Of a stretch of 64,000 nt of DNA, positions 10,562-19,503 are shown piece after piece. Origin of the DNA: a bacterium (GTDB lineage Bacteria; Patescibacteriota; Patescibacteriia; UBA1558; UBA10009); NCBI GenBank assembly GCA_018672055.1, contig JABHGM010000001.1:672977-736976 (forward strand), read 5' to 3'. Both the position numbers and the translations under genes were made by a program. Position 1 is the first letter of the stretch. Every line of letters starts with the position of its first letter. The notes beneath the pieces were generated by a model. That model ran no database searches and was not told where the DNA came from. It saw nothing but the letters and a program-made list of their open reading frames with translations.

Positions 10562-10954
10562 TTATGTCTTTTGAGTTGCTCCAACTTTACCACTGCCCAT
10601 AGTTCTTCTTACATTTCCACGAACTGTTCTAGAATTAGTTTTAGTTCTCTGACCTCTAACAGGTAAACCTCTTGAATGTCTGGAACCTCTATATGATTTA
10701 ATTTCTTTTAATCTTTTAATATTTGATAATTTTTCTCTCTTTAAATCACCTTCTACTTTAAATTCTTTCTCAATTAATGTTCTTAACTTATTTACCTCAT
10801 CATCACTTAAGTCTTTTACACGAATATCACCACTTATTTGAGTATCTTTTAAAATTTTATTTGCTCTACTAAATCCAATACCATAAATAGCTGTTAAACC
10901 AGCTTCAATTCTTTTTTCATTTGGTAGATTTATACTTGCTATTCTTACAGCCAT
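10562..10954 (-). CDS. rpsM: 30S ribosomal protein S13
   Basis: [11 protein letters not shown]...[23 protein letters not shown] matches S13. Confidence 0.9.
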   Translation of the reverse strand: MAVRIASINLPNEKRIEAGLTAIYGIGFSRANKILKDTQISGDIRVKDLSDDEVNKLRTLIEKEFKVEGDLKREKLSNIKRLKEIKSYRGSRHSRGLPVRGQRTKTNSRTVRGNVRRTMGSGKVGATQKT

Positions 10955-10970
10955 AATATTAAATAATTAA

Positions 10971-11084
10971 TTAACCTTGTCTTTGTTTGTGCTTAGGATT
11001 CTTACAAATACAATGAACACGACCTTTGCGTCTTATTACTTTACAATCTTTACAAATTTTTTTAACTGAAGCACGTACTTTCAT
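10971..11084 (-). CDS. rpmJ: 50S ribosomal protein L36
   Basis: Not in the ORF track because it is too short. The minus-strand ORF reads [37 protein letters not shown], which is the C-x2-C-x12-C-x4-H L36 zinc ribbon. It sits between infA and rpsM as in the canonical alpha operon. Confidence 0.85.
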   Translation of the reverse strand: MKVRASVKKICKDCKVIRRKGRVHCICKNPKHKQRQG

Positions 11085-11126
11085 AATTTAATGAAATATA
11101 TTTATTAATATAAGGTATTTTTATTT

Positions 11127-11363
11127 TTACATTCTATAGGTAATGCGTCCCTTGGTTAAATCATATGGACTCATTTCAATTCTAACCTTATCCCCAGGTA
11201 ATAAGCGTATCTTATACATTCTCATTTTACCTGATAAATGGGCCAAAATCTCTTGTCCATTCTCTAATTTTACCTTAAAAGTAGTCGAGGGAAGCAATTC
11301 TTCAATAGAACCGATTACTTCAATAAAACCTTTTTGATTTGTTTTTGCTGTGTTTTCTTCCAT
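11127..11363 (-). CDS. infA: Translation initiation factor IF-1
   Basis: S1-like OB fold ([49 protein letters not shown]...) of the IF-1 family. Confidence 0.9.
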   Translation of the reverse strand: MEENTAKTNQKGFIEVIGSIEELLPSTTFKVKLENGQEILAHLSGKMRMYKIRLLPGDKVRIEMSPYDLTKGRITYRM

Positions 11364-11501
11364 TTATTACTAATTTGGTATTAAAAAAGAAATTCTTCAC
11401 AAAATACTGTCACTTATTTAACTATATCTCGAATTTTGTTAGAATTTTCCTAAAATTAAGGAAATATTTAATCTTTTTAATAATTTCCACAAGTAGTAAG
11501 A

Positions 11502-11529
11502 ATTTTACACTATTTAAGAAATATGTCAA
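11502..11529 (-). promoter_or_regulatory. Candidate sigma70-type promoter for infA-rpmJ-rpsM... (minus strand)
   Basis: Minus-strand TTGACA (plus coords 11524-11529), a 16-nt spacer and TAAAAT (11502-11507), about 140 nt upstream of the infA start. Confidence 0.3.
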
Positions 11530-11542
11530 GAGTATTCTTTAA

Positions 11543-13294
11543 CTACTCTAAAATTGCCTTAATTCGTCTAATTCCTTTAGATGAGGCGCTTTCTTTCACT
11601 ATTTTAAAGTTCCCTAAATCAGCTATTGATTCAACATGTGGTCCACCACATATTTCTTTTGAATAATCACCTACACTATATACTTTAACCTTATTTCCGT
11701 ATTTATTACTAAATAGACCAATAGCGCCTTGCTTCTTGGCTTCATCAACTGTTAATTCTTCAAAACTTACTTCTAAACCTTCAGATATCTTATTATTTAC
11801 TAAGCTCTCAACTTGTTTTTTCTCTTCATCTGTCATCTTTTCTGAATGAGAAAAATCAAATCTTAGTCTTTCATCATTTATATTACTACCTCTTTGTTCA
11901 ACATGATCCCCTAAAACTTCTTTTAAGGCTTGATGTAATAAATGAGTGGCTGTGTGATATTTAATTGAATTTTCACTATGCCCTACCATACCACCTTTAA
12001 ACTTACCTTTAGTAGCAGTTTTTGATAATTCTTGATGTTTAATAAATTCAGTATTAAAACTTTTCTCATCTACTTTGATACTTTTTTCTTTTGCTAGTTC
12101 CTGAGTAATTTCAAGTGGAAAGCCATAAGTTGAATATAGATTAAAAGCATCTTTTCCTGATATATCATTATCTGATAGTTTATCAAATTCCTTTAAACCT
12201 TTCTCTAATGTTTTTTCAAAAGTATCTTCTTCAAAATTTAACTCATTAATTATTCTTTGCTTATCTTCTTTTAGCTCTGGATAAATATCTCCATATTGAT
12301 CTATGACTATGTTTACTAGCGGTGTTGTAACATCGGTTTCAGTAGTAATACCTATTTTTTTAGCATGTCGTATTGCTCGTCTAACTAATTTTCTAACAAC
12401 ATAACCCTGATCTAAGTTAGAAGGAATAATATTTGCTGGCTCTGACATTATTAAACAAGCGGCTCTAATATGATCAGAAATTATTCTAGCTGATGTTTCA
12501 TTATAATCTAGAGCTTTAGTTTTTAATATTTCAATCATATCTTTAAAGCCTTCAAGTTCATAAACAGATGACTTGCCTTGCATAATTGCGGCAACTCTTT
12601 CTAAACCTAGTCCAGTATCAACATTTTTTTGTTTTAAAGGTATGTATTTACCATCTTCTGGTTTTTCAAATTCTAAAAATACATTATTCCATATCTCAAA
12701 CCAATTACTATCCTCTGGATTAAAATTACTTGGAGCTTTACCTTGACCAGTCCAATAAAATATTTCTGAGTCTGGTCCTTGTGGTCCAACAGAATGACCA
12801 CCTGCAGGCCACCAATTATCATCTTTACCGAGCTTAGCAATTCTTTCTTCATTTATACCAAGCTTTATCCAAGTATCATATGATTCTTGATCAAAAGGAC
12901 AATCTGAATCACCTTTAAATACTGATACTGCAATTTTATCTTTATCTAAACCTAACCATTTATTACTTGTTATAAATTCATAACTTAATTTAATTGATTC
13001 TTCTTTCCAATAATCACCTAATGACCAATTGCCCATCATTTCAAAAAAGGTTAAATGTGAATTATCACCAACTTCATCAATATCCCCTGTTCTAATACAT
13101 TTTTGGGCATCAGTTAACTTTTTACCAGCAGGATGTGTTTCTCCCATTAAAAATGGAACTAAAGGATGCATACCAGCTGTAGTAAAGAGCACAGATGGAT
13201 CATTTTCAGGAATTAAAGAAGCAGAGGGTATTATTACATGATCCTTTGATTCAAAAAATTCTAAGTATTTTGCTCTAACCTCGTTTATTGTCAT
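11543..13294 (-). CDS. alaS: Alanine--tRNA ligase, short form (catalytic + tRNA-recognition + editing domains; no C-Ala domain)
   Basis: AlaRS class II N-terminus (FFESKDHVIIPSASLIP...TTAGM...) and editing-domain motifs (HTATHLLHQALKEVLG, CGGPHV). It is 583 aa versus ~870 aa for canonical AlaRS. Confidence 0.85.
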   Translation of the reverse strand: MTINEVRAKYLEFFESKDHVIIPSASLIPENDPSVLFTTAGMHPLVPFLMGETHPAGKKLTDAQKCIRTGDIDEVGDNSHLTFFEMMGNWSLGDYWKEESIKLSYEFITSNKWLGLDKDKIAVSVFKGDSDCPFDQESYDTWIKLGINEERIAKLGKDDNWWPAGGHSVGPQGPDSEIFYWTGQGKAPSNFNPEDSNWFEIWNNVFLEFEKPEDGKYIPLKQKNVDTGLGLERVAAIMQGKSSVYELEGFKDMIEILKTKALDYNETSARIISDHIRAACLIMSEPANIIPSNLDQGYVVRKLVRRAIRHAKKIGITTETDVTTPLVNIVIDQYGDIYPELKEDKQRIINELNFEEDTFEKTLEKGLKEFDKLSDNDISGKDAFNLYSTYGFPLEITQELAKEKSIKVDEKSFNTEFIKHQELSKTATKGKFKGGMVGHSENSIKYHTATHLLHQALKEVLGDHVEQRGSNINDERLRFDFSHSEKMTDEEKKQVESLVNNKISEGLEVSFEELTVDEAKKQGAIGLFSNKYGNKVKVYSVGDYSKEICGGPHVESIADLGNFKIVKESASSKGIRRIKAILE

Positions 13295-13916
13295 AGATAT
13301 TTAAATTTTTAATAATATAGTTAAATGTAAAGAAATATATTAATATTGAAGCTACTATTCCTCCAGATAAATCAAAAATTAAATCAGATAAAGTATCATA
13401 ATAGATTTCTCCATTTTGACCAAACATACTGGCCCCTTCAAAAATATCATCAATTGATTTTTCAAAAAATTCCCAAGAAAATGAAAGTAGAATTACTAAT
13501 ACAAAATTACCAAATATTGTAAATACTTTATTAATCTTTTTAAAAAAGAAATTCTGGTAAGAGATAACAAATAAGGCAGTTATACTAAAATAGAATATAG
13601 GAACAATAAAATGTAAGAATGCATCATACCATAATGTTTCAAGGTTATGATAAAAATTAAGTGCACCTAGTAAATTACCCAAACAAGAAAAAGCTATAAT
13701 AAGTTGAATAGCATTTATTAACTTGATATCAACAAAACTTTTTACTTTTTTAGACTGACTATACCAATAATCTGGAAGGACTATAAAAAAGAGTGATACA
13801 GCAAACCCTGAAAGTCTTAAAAAGTCATTAAAGTAAAACATTATTAAACAAGCAATAATAAGAATATTAATTATTACATTAACAAAATAATTACTAGTTT
13901 TTGGTAAATATCTCAT
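13275..13916 (-). CDS. Hypothetical integral membrane protein
   Basis: 213 aa with ~6 TM helices, between mnmA and alaS with overlapping boundaries. No family recognised. Confidence 0.4.
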   Translation of the reverse strand: MRYLPKTSNYFVNVIINILIIACLIMFYFNDFLRLSGFAVSLFFIVLPDYWYSQSKKVKSFVDIKLINAIQLIIAFSCLGNLLGALNFYHNLETLWYDAFLHFIVPIFYFSITALFVISYQNFFFKKINKVFTIFGNFVLVILLSFSWEFFEKSIDDIFEGASMFGQNGEIYYDTLSDLIFDLSGGIVASILIYFFTFNYIIKNLNIYDNKRG

Positions 13917-14965
13917 AATATTTTAGCCCCACCTAAACATATATCCTTATTATATAATACAATAAATTGTCCCGGAGTAATAGCCCTTTGCTTATTTTTA
14001 AACTTTACAACTAAAGTATCGTCTTTTTTATTAACTTCACACTCTTCATCTGGTTGCCTATATCTTATCTTAGAGAAGCATTTAAGAGGAAAACTAGGCT
14101 CTACACCACTTATCCAATATATTTCATTAGCAATTAACTCATGTTTGAATAAGGCATCATCTTTGTCACCTCTAGCTACAATTAAAATATTTTTTTTCAT
14201 ATCTCTATCTACCACATAGTATGGCATACCACCACCAACACCGATACCTCTTCTCTGACCAATAGTATAATACCAAACTCCTTCATGCTCACCTATCTTT
14301 TTACCTTCAGTTGTTATTATATCACCTTTCTTAGGCTTTAGTCTTTGTTTTAAAAATTCTTTCATTTCAACTTCACCTACAAAACAAATACCCTGACTAT
14401 CTTTTTTGCTATGAGTTATTAAGCCATGTTTTTTAGCTAGTTCTCTAATTTTAGATTTTTCGTACTCACCTATTGGGAATATACATTTTTTTAACTGATC
14501 TTTAGTTATTTGAAATAAAAAGTATGATTGGTCCTTGTTACCATCAACTCCTTTAGCTAGTTGATTATCAATATTTCTTACATAATGCCCAGTTGCTACA
14601 TAATCAGCGCCTTTAGCTAAAGCATAGTTTAAAAATGCTTTAAATTTTATCTGACTATTACATAATATATCAGGATTAGGTGTTCTACCCTCCTTATATT
14701 CTTTAAATAAATATTCAACTACATTTTCACGATATTCTTTTTCAAAATTTACTGTACTAAATTTAAGACCTAATTGACTAGCAACAACTCTAGCATCTTT
14801 TTCATCTGCTTTTAGCGGACACATTAAAAGACCTTCAGCTTCAGACTGAGGAGTCCAATTCTTCATAAATACTGCCTCTACATCATAACCTTGCTCTTTT
14901 AACAGATAACAAGCTACAGAAGAGTCTACGCCGCCTGATAAAGCAACGATCACCTTTTTATTCAT
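13913..14965 (-). CDS. mnmA: tRNA-specific 2-thiouridylase MnmA
   Basis: PP-loop SGGVDSS at the N-terminus and catalytic Cys region (QGICFVGE) typical of MnmA/TrmU. Confidence 0.9.
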   Translation of the reverse strand: MNKKVIVALSGGVDSSVACYLLKEQGYDVEAVFMKNWTPQSEAEGLLMCPLKADEKDARVVASQLGLKFSTVNFEKEYRENVVEYLFKEYKEGRTPNPDILCNSQIKFKAFLNYALAKGADYVATGHYVRNIDNQLAKGVDGNKDQSYFLFQITKDQLKKCIFPIGEYEKSKIRELAKKHGLITHSKKDSQGICFVGEVEMKEFLKQRLKPKKGDIITTEGKKIGEHEGVWYYTIGQRRGIGVGGGMPYYVVDRDMKKNILIVARGDKDDALFKHELIANEIYWISGVEPSFPLKCFSKIRYRQPDEECEVNKKDDTLVVKFKNKQRAITPGQFIVLYNKDICLGGAKIL

Positions 14966-14992
14966 ATATTATATATATAGTATATTCTAACT

Positions 14993-15020
14993 AAAAACAA
15001 GAGTTCAAGCTCTTGTTTTT
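14993..15020. terminator. Bidirectional rho-independent terminator
   Basis: Near-perfect palindrome aaaaacaagag-ttcaag-ctcttgttttt with A/T runs on both sides, between the coiled-coil gene 3' end and the mnmA start. Confidence 0.65.
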
Positions 15021-15029
15021 AGACATATA

Positions 15030-16358
15030 TTAATCTTCTAATTCTTCTAAAGATTTTTTAATCTTTTCATCATGTTTCTTTCTGACTTTAATCAAATCCT
15101 CTAACTTATCCATAATTTCATCATTATGATCTTCAATATCATTTTTTAATCTATAATCATTATTAATTTCATGTTTTAATTCTTCAATTTTTTCATGATC
15201 TGAAATATTTTCAATTCTATCATTAAAGTGATCCATCTGTCTTAATCTACTTGCTTCAACTGCTTCAATAGCTTCAGGATTTTTTAATCTTGCTTTTACT
15301 TGTTCAAGTGTTCTTACTGAATTTAATTCAGATGATTCAAAGGTTCTAAATATTTTTTCTTTTTCCTCATCTGAAATATTTTCTAACTTAATTTTAAGAG
15401 CTTCAATACCATTAATCTTTAATTCATCTAAGTCATTATGAAATTCATTTAGTTTCCAATTATTAACACGTGCTTCTTGAATTTTGTCATCAACAAAATT
15501 ATATACTCTTAATTTATAGCCATCATCCGTTTCTAAGTTTTCGAGTTTTAATTTAAATTCCATCATTACTTCATCTGAGGCATTTTCATCTAAGTAATTT
15601 ACTAACCTTTCTCTAATTTCAATTTTAGTTTCTAAGAAATCTTCTTTAAAGTTTTCATTTTCGAAAGTATCACCTAATTCTTCCATAACTTTTAAGTGAT
15701 TTATATATTGCAATTTATTCTTAGCTTGTTCTTTCATTATTTTTTGAAGTCTTTCTTTAGAATTATCTACATCAACCCTTTCAATTAAATTTCCATAATG
15801 CTCTAAAGCTTTTTTCTTTTCTTCTTTTAATTTATCAATTTCTTCACCACTTAAAGCATTTTCTAATTTCTTATGTAAATTAGCAAAGAAATCTTGATGT
15901 TTAAACTGATTATCTGTAACTCTATCTAATAGCTCATCAACAGCTTCATCACCATTATTTTCTTTAATCTTTTCAATCCTAGTACTAACCTTATCCATTA
16001 ATTTATTATATTTAACATGATGTTTTTTAATAAGTTCCTGTATCTTAGGATCATCTGATTCATTTTCAGTAATTTTTTTAAGTTCAAATATTTTTTCATT
16101 TGCATACTTTAGATTTAAATCAGCTTTTTTCTCTGGATCAAATGTTACAGCACTTCTAATTACTTGTCCTAAATTCTTAAAAAAATAACCAAATTTATTT
16201 GTAGGCAAAATAGTTGGTTCTTTAATATCTAATGATTCTGCAGTAAATTCAGATAAATCACTAGTTGCCCCTGAGGTATCTTCTTCCTGAGCATTTAATG
16301 TATTTAAGCTAACTAGACTAAAAGTTAGTATTAATATTAATAAAATTACTTTTTTCAT
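15030..16358 (-). CDS. Secreted coiled-coil protein (signal peptide, E/K/D-rich), function unknown
   Basis: N-terminal signal peptide (MKKVILLILILTFSLVSLNTLNA); the remainder is strongly charged low-complexity helical sequence. Confidence 0.5.
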   Translation of the reverse strand: MKKVILLILILTFSLVSLNTLNAQEEDTSGATSDLSEFTAESLDIKEPTILPTNKFGYFFKNLGQVIRSAVTFDPEKKADLNLKYANEKIFELKKITENESDDPKIQELIKKHHVKYNKLMDKVSTRIEKIKENNGDEAVDELLDRVTDNQFKHQDFFANLHKKLENALSGEEIDKLKEEKKKALEHYGNLIERVDVDNSKERLQKIMKEQAKNKLQYINHLKVMEELGDTFENENFKEDFLETKIEIRERLVNYLDENASDEVMMEFKLKLENLETDDGYKLRVYNFVDDKIQEARVNNWKLNEFHNDLDELKINGIEALKIKLENISDEEKEKIFRTFESSELNSVRTLEQVKARLKNPEAIEAVEASRLRQMDHFNDRIENISDHEKIEELKHEINNDYRLKNDIEDHNDEIMDKLEDLIKVRKKHDEKIKKSLEELED

Positions 16359-16453
16359 ACTTTATTTATTTTAATAATTATATGTATATTATATCAAATA
16401 TTGACAAAATTGCATATTTAACCTAGTTTAAAGTTAATTAAGGAGGTAAAATC

Positions 16454-16906
16454 ATGTTTTTAACAGGAATATCCTATATAAGTAATAATGTTAGTAGAAA
16501 AATAATTAACTTATTTATTCTCACATTATCTCTTATATGTATTTGTTCAGTTATAGCTATGTATTTTGATAATATAATTGATTCAGATAAATTAAATATT
16601 ACTGGTTTACGAAATAGTATAATATGTATTGTCTTATGGATGGGATTTGGAAGTTCAGCTATTATTCTAGATATGATGAAAATTAAAAAAAGATTCATAA
16701 TAATAGTATGTTCAGCTCTTCATTTCAGCTTTTCATTACCACTTATACTATTTTTCAAACTTCCAATAAATAAACTAATAATAACTAATCATGAGTTATA
16801 TGAATATTTATGGCAGTACTACACTATTTTAATCTATTTGCAATTTATATATATTTTATATATAGCTTTAAAATCATTTATTTATATCATTAAAAATGAT
16901 ACCTAA
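16454..16906 (+). CDS. Small hypothetical membrane protein (4 TM), paralog A
   Basis: 150 aa with a strong SD (ttaaggagg, 7 nt before ATG), its own downstream terminator, and 4 hydrophobic helices. Confidence 0.5.
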   Translation: MFLTGISYISNNVSRKIINLFILTLSLICICSVIAMYFDNIIDSDKLNITGLRNSIICIVLWMGFGSSAIILDMMKIKKRFIIIVCSALHFSFSLPLILFFKLPINKLIITNHELYEYLWQYYTILIYLQFIYILYIALKSFIYIIKNDT

Positions 16907-16937
16907 CCTCTTGTTAATTTAATAAGAGGTTTTTTTA
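16905..16937 (+). terminator. Rho-independent terminator after small membrane gene A
   Basis: acctctt-(11 nt loop)-aagaggt followed by ttttttt. Confidence 0.65.
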
Positions 16938-16966
16938 TTGACATAAAATAAATTATAAACTATGTT
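16938..16966 (+). promoter_or_regulatory. Candidate sigma70 promoter for small membrane gene B
   Basis: TTGACA (16938-16943), 17-nt spacer, TATGTT (16961-16966), then an aaaggagg SD before the ATG at 16993. Confidence 0.35.
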
Positions 16967-16992
16967 TAAATTAATTAAAGGAGGACCTAGCA

Positions 16993-17490
16993 ATGTTAAA
17001 AAGAATGAATGCTATTTATTCATTGGTATTTACTATATTTAGTATATTTTGCATAATAGGTACTATCCTAATGCATTATTATAATAATATAGGTATAGTT
17101 GGAAATAATTCAATAAATTTCCAAACTATAATAGTTTTATTATTCTTTATTAGTACTTTTACAGTCTTAACTAGAATTTATTTAGATTACTTTATAAATA
17201 ATAATTTAGATTACTTTTCTAAAAAACTGGGAGTACTAATAGGTAATAATGGTAAAAAGTTAAATATCAACTTCTATAATCAAGTTACTGTAGCTCATTT
17301 CATGATATCAGTTATATTAGCTTCAATTATATATAATATACCAATAGCTTCAGATATAGTAATATTTACTAAACTAGGAGAAATCTGGTATTTTATACTA
17401 AAAATCTGGTCATATACTTATATAATTTGGTTAATATTTAACTTTTATATATTATCTGGTATTGAACCTGAAACAAATTATGGGTCATAA
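16993..17490 (+). CDS. Small hypothetical membrane protein (4 TM), paralog B
   Basis: 165 aa with the same cassette organisation as the 16454 gene (promoter, aaaggagg SD, ORF, terminator). Similar hydropathy and Ile/Leu/Phe-rich composition. Confidence 0.5.
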   Translation: MLKRMNAIYSLVFTIFSIFCIIGTILMHYYNNIGIVGNNSINFQTIIVLLFFISTFTVLTRIYLDYFINNNLDYFSKKLGVLIGNNGKKLNINFYNQVTVAHFMISVILASIIYNIPIASDIVIFTKLGEIWYFILKIWSYTYIIWLIFNFYILSGIEPETNYGS

Positions 17491-17511
17491 CATTTTATGA
17501 CCCATTTTTAT
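17481..17511 (+). terminator. Rho-independent terminator after small membrane gene B
   Basis: gggtcat-aacatttt-atgaccc followed by attttta; the stop codon lies inside the stem. Confidence 0.65.
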
Positions 17512-17514
17512 TAC

Positions 17515-17543
17515 TTGACATATTTAAGTAATTAGGATAATAT
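17515..17543 (+). promoter_or_regulatory. Candidate sigma70 promoter for rpmA
   Basis: TTGACA (17515-17520), 17-nt spacer, TAATAT (17538-17543), about 30 nt upstream of the rpmA ATG. Confidence 0.4.
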
Positions 17544-17574
17544 ATTATCAATCTAAAATTAAACATTAAATTAT

Positions 17575-17850
17575 ATGGCACATAAGAAAGCAGGCGGCTC
17601 CACAGGGCTTGGACGAGATTCAATATCAAAAAGATTAGGTTTAAAAAAACATGACGGGCAAGAAGTAAAGGCCGGTATGATTATAGTAAAACAAAGAGGT
17701 ACAAAGTTTAGACCTGGAAGCAATGTTAAAAAAGGAAAAGATGATACAATATTTGCCATAGTTCCTGGAAAAGTTAAAATTACTCAAAGACAAGTAAAAA
17801 GATATGATGGTAGCTTAAAGCCAGCAAAATTTATTAGTGTAATTAAATAG
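17575..17850 (+). CDS. rpmA: 50S ribosomal protein L27
   Basis: [24 protein letters not shown]... is the hallmark L27 N-terminus. It is monocistronic here (no rplU upstream). Confidence 0.9.
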   Translation: MAHKKAGGSTGLGRDSISKRLGLKKHDGQEVKAGMIIVKQRGTKFRPGSNVKKGKDDTIFAIVPGKVKITQRQVKRYDGSLKPAKFISVIK

Positions 17851-17860
17851 TTAGTAATAT

Positions 17861-17893
17861 AAAAATCCTTACAATATTTGAAAGGATTTTTTT
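17861..17893. terminator. Bidirectional terminator between rpmA and ftsX (convergent)
   Basis: atcctt-(12 nt)-aaggat hairpin with an A-run 5' and a T-run 3'. Confidence 0.6.
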
Positions 17894-17899
17894 AATTCT

Positions 17900-18808
17900 T
17901 TAAACTTTTAAGTATCTTCTAACTGCTAGTAAACTACTGGCCATAGTAATAATAATTGCAACAAAAAATTCAGAAGCAAATACCTTTATAAAGTTACTAT
18001 TTAAAGCTGAAATTAAATTTAAACTATATTCTCCAAAGAATCCATCAATATATGACTGTATAAAGCTTAAAAATGGATATAGTAGTATGAGAAGTAGAAT
18101 AAACCCTATAAAACTATAAAAGAAACCTTCAATTAGAAACGGTGATCTAATAAAACTATTTGAAGCACCAACTAATTTCATAATTCCTATTTCTTCACGA
18201 TGAGTATAGATACCTATTTGAATTGTATTAAAGACAACTAATACAGAAATTATTATAAATAATAAACTGATAAAGAAAAATGTTTTTTGAACTTTAACTG
18301 AATAATCAGAAATTCTTTCAATAAGTAATTTAGCTTCAGTAAATTCATTATCTTCTATCTCTAAAAATGGCGTATATTCTTCTTTAGACAATTCACTTAA
18401 AATTGCTGGAAAATCACCAATATCATGAACTGTTAATTTAATACTACCTTGGAATGGATTTTCTTCTAAAGCATCTAGTGATTCAATCATTAATGGATCA
18501 TGACTATGTCTGCTCGTAAAATCAACTAAAGTTTGCTCAGGAGTAACAAATATTGATTCTTTAATTGCTGGTAATTTATTAAGTTCAGAAACAAGTACTT
18601 CTGCTTGTTCATCTGTAGCTTCAGCTGTTAAGTCTATAAATACTTCAGTTCTATCTTCAACCACTTCTAAAACATGTTGAGTTAATATATTTACCATTAA
18701 TAAAAAGCTAATAGAAAATAATGATAGCGAAACTATAATAACAGTAACAACGGATAACCAAAAGTTTCTAAAGAAACTTTGGAATGCAAATTTTAACAAT
18801 CTTTTCAT
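17900..18808 (-). CDS. ftsX: Cell division ABC transporter permease FtsX
   Basis: 302 aa with the FtsX topology: N-terminal TM, a large extracytoplasmic loop, and 3 C-terminal TM helices. It lies immediately downstream of ftsE. Confidence 0.8.
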   Translation of the reverse strand: MKRLLKFAFQSFFRNFWLSVVTVIIVSLSLFSISFLLMVNILTQHVLEVVEDRTEVFIDLTAEATDEQAEVLVSELNKLPAIKESIFVTPEQTLVDFTSRHSHDPLMIESLDALEENPFQGSIKLTVHDIGDFPAILSELSKEEYTPFLEIEDNEFTEAKLLIERISDYSVKVQKTFFFISLLFIIISVLVVFNTIQIGIYTHREEIGIMKLVGASNSFIRSPFLIEGFFYSFIGFILLLILLYPFLSFIQSYIDGFFGEYSLNLISALNSNFIKVFASEFFVAIIITMASSLLAVRRYLKV

Positions 18809-18822
18809 TTTAATCTAATTAA

Positions 18823-19503
18823 TTATAATATATATCTTCCTTTAAGTTGATCGCTTACAATCTGACCTTCATCAATGGTAATAACTCTCTTTTTTAAACT
18901 ATTTACTACTTCCCTATTATGGGTTACTAAAATAACAGTAGTACCTAATTCATTAATTTTTTTAAGTAAATCAATAATCTCTTTAGTATTTAAGGAATCA
19001 AGATTCCCGGTAGGCTCATCAGCAACTAATAATTTTGGTTTATGAACTAATGATCTAGCAATAACAACTCGTTGTTGTTCACCACCAGATAATTGACTTG
19101 GATAATGTTCTGATTTACCTTCCAAGCTAACTATTTTTAAAATCTGAGGTATTACTTTGTCAATTCTTTCATTAGTAGCTCCACAACTTTCTAAAGCAAA
19201 TGAAATATTTTCAAAAACTGTTTTTTTCTGAAGTAACTTAAAATCTTGAAACACTACACCTATCTGTCTTCTTAAAAATGGTACTTCTCTTTCTCCAATA
19301 TTCGTTATATCCCAACCACCAACTATTATTTTACCCTCAGTAGCTCTTTCTTCAGCAATAATTAATCTAATTAAAGTAGTTTTACCAGTACCACTTTGTC
19401 CTACTATGGAAACAAACTCACCTGGGTTAATATTTAAATCAACATCCTTTAATGCATAGGTGCCTGTATTATAATATTTGCTTACTTTTTTTAATTTAAT
19501 CAT
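18823..19503 (-). CDS. ftsE: Cell division ATP-binding protein FtsE
   Basis: Walker A GQSGTGKTT, ABC signature LSGGEQQRVVIARSL, Walker B LLVADEPTGNLD; 226 aa. Confidence 0.9.
   Translation of the reverse strand: MIKLKKVSKYYNTGTYALKDVDLNINPGEFVSIVGQSGTGKTTLIRLIIAEERATEGKIIVGGWDITNIGEREVPFLRRQIGVVFQDFKLLQKKTVFENISFALESCGATNERIDKVIPQILKIVSLEGKSEHYPSQLSGGEQQRVVIARSLVHKPKLLVADEPTGNLDSLNTKEIIDLLKKINELGTTVILVTHNREVVNSLKKRVITIDEGQIVSDQLKGRYIL

Noticed and set aside
11339-11542. 67-aa plus-strand ORF in the alaS-infA spacer.
   Set aside because: It lies in a promoter/leader region for the minus-strand infA operon. It has Ile/Leu/Phe/Lys-rich junk-like composition and no SD.
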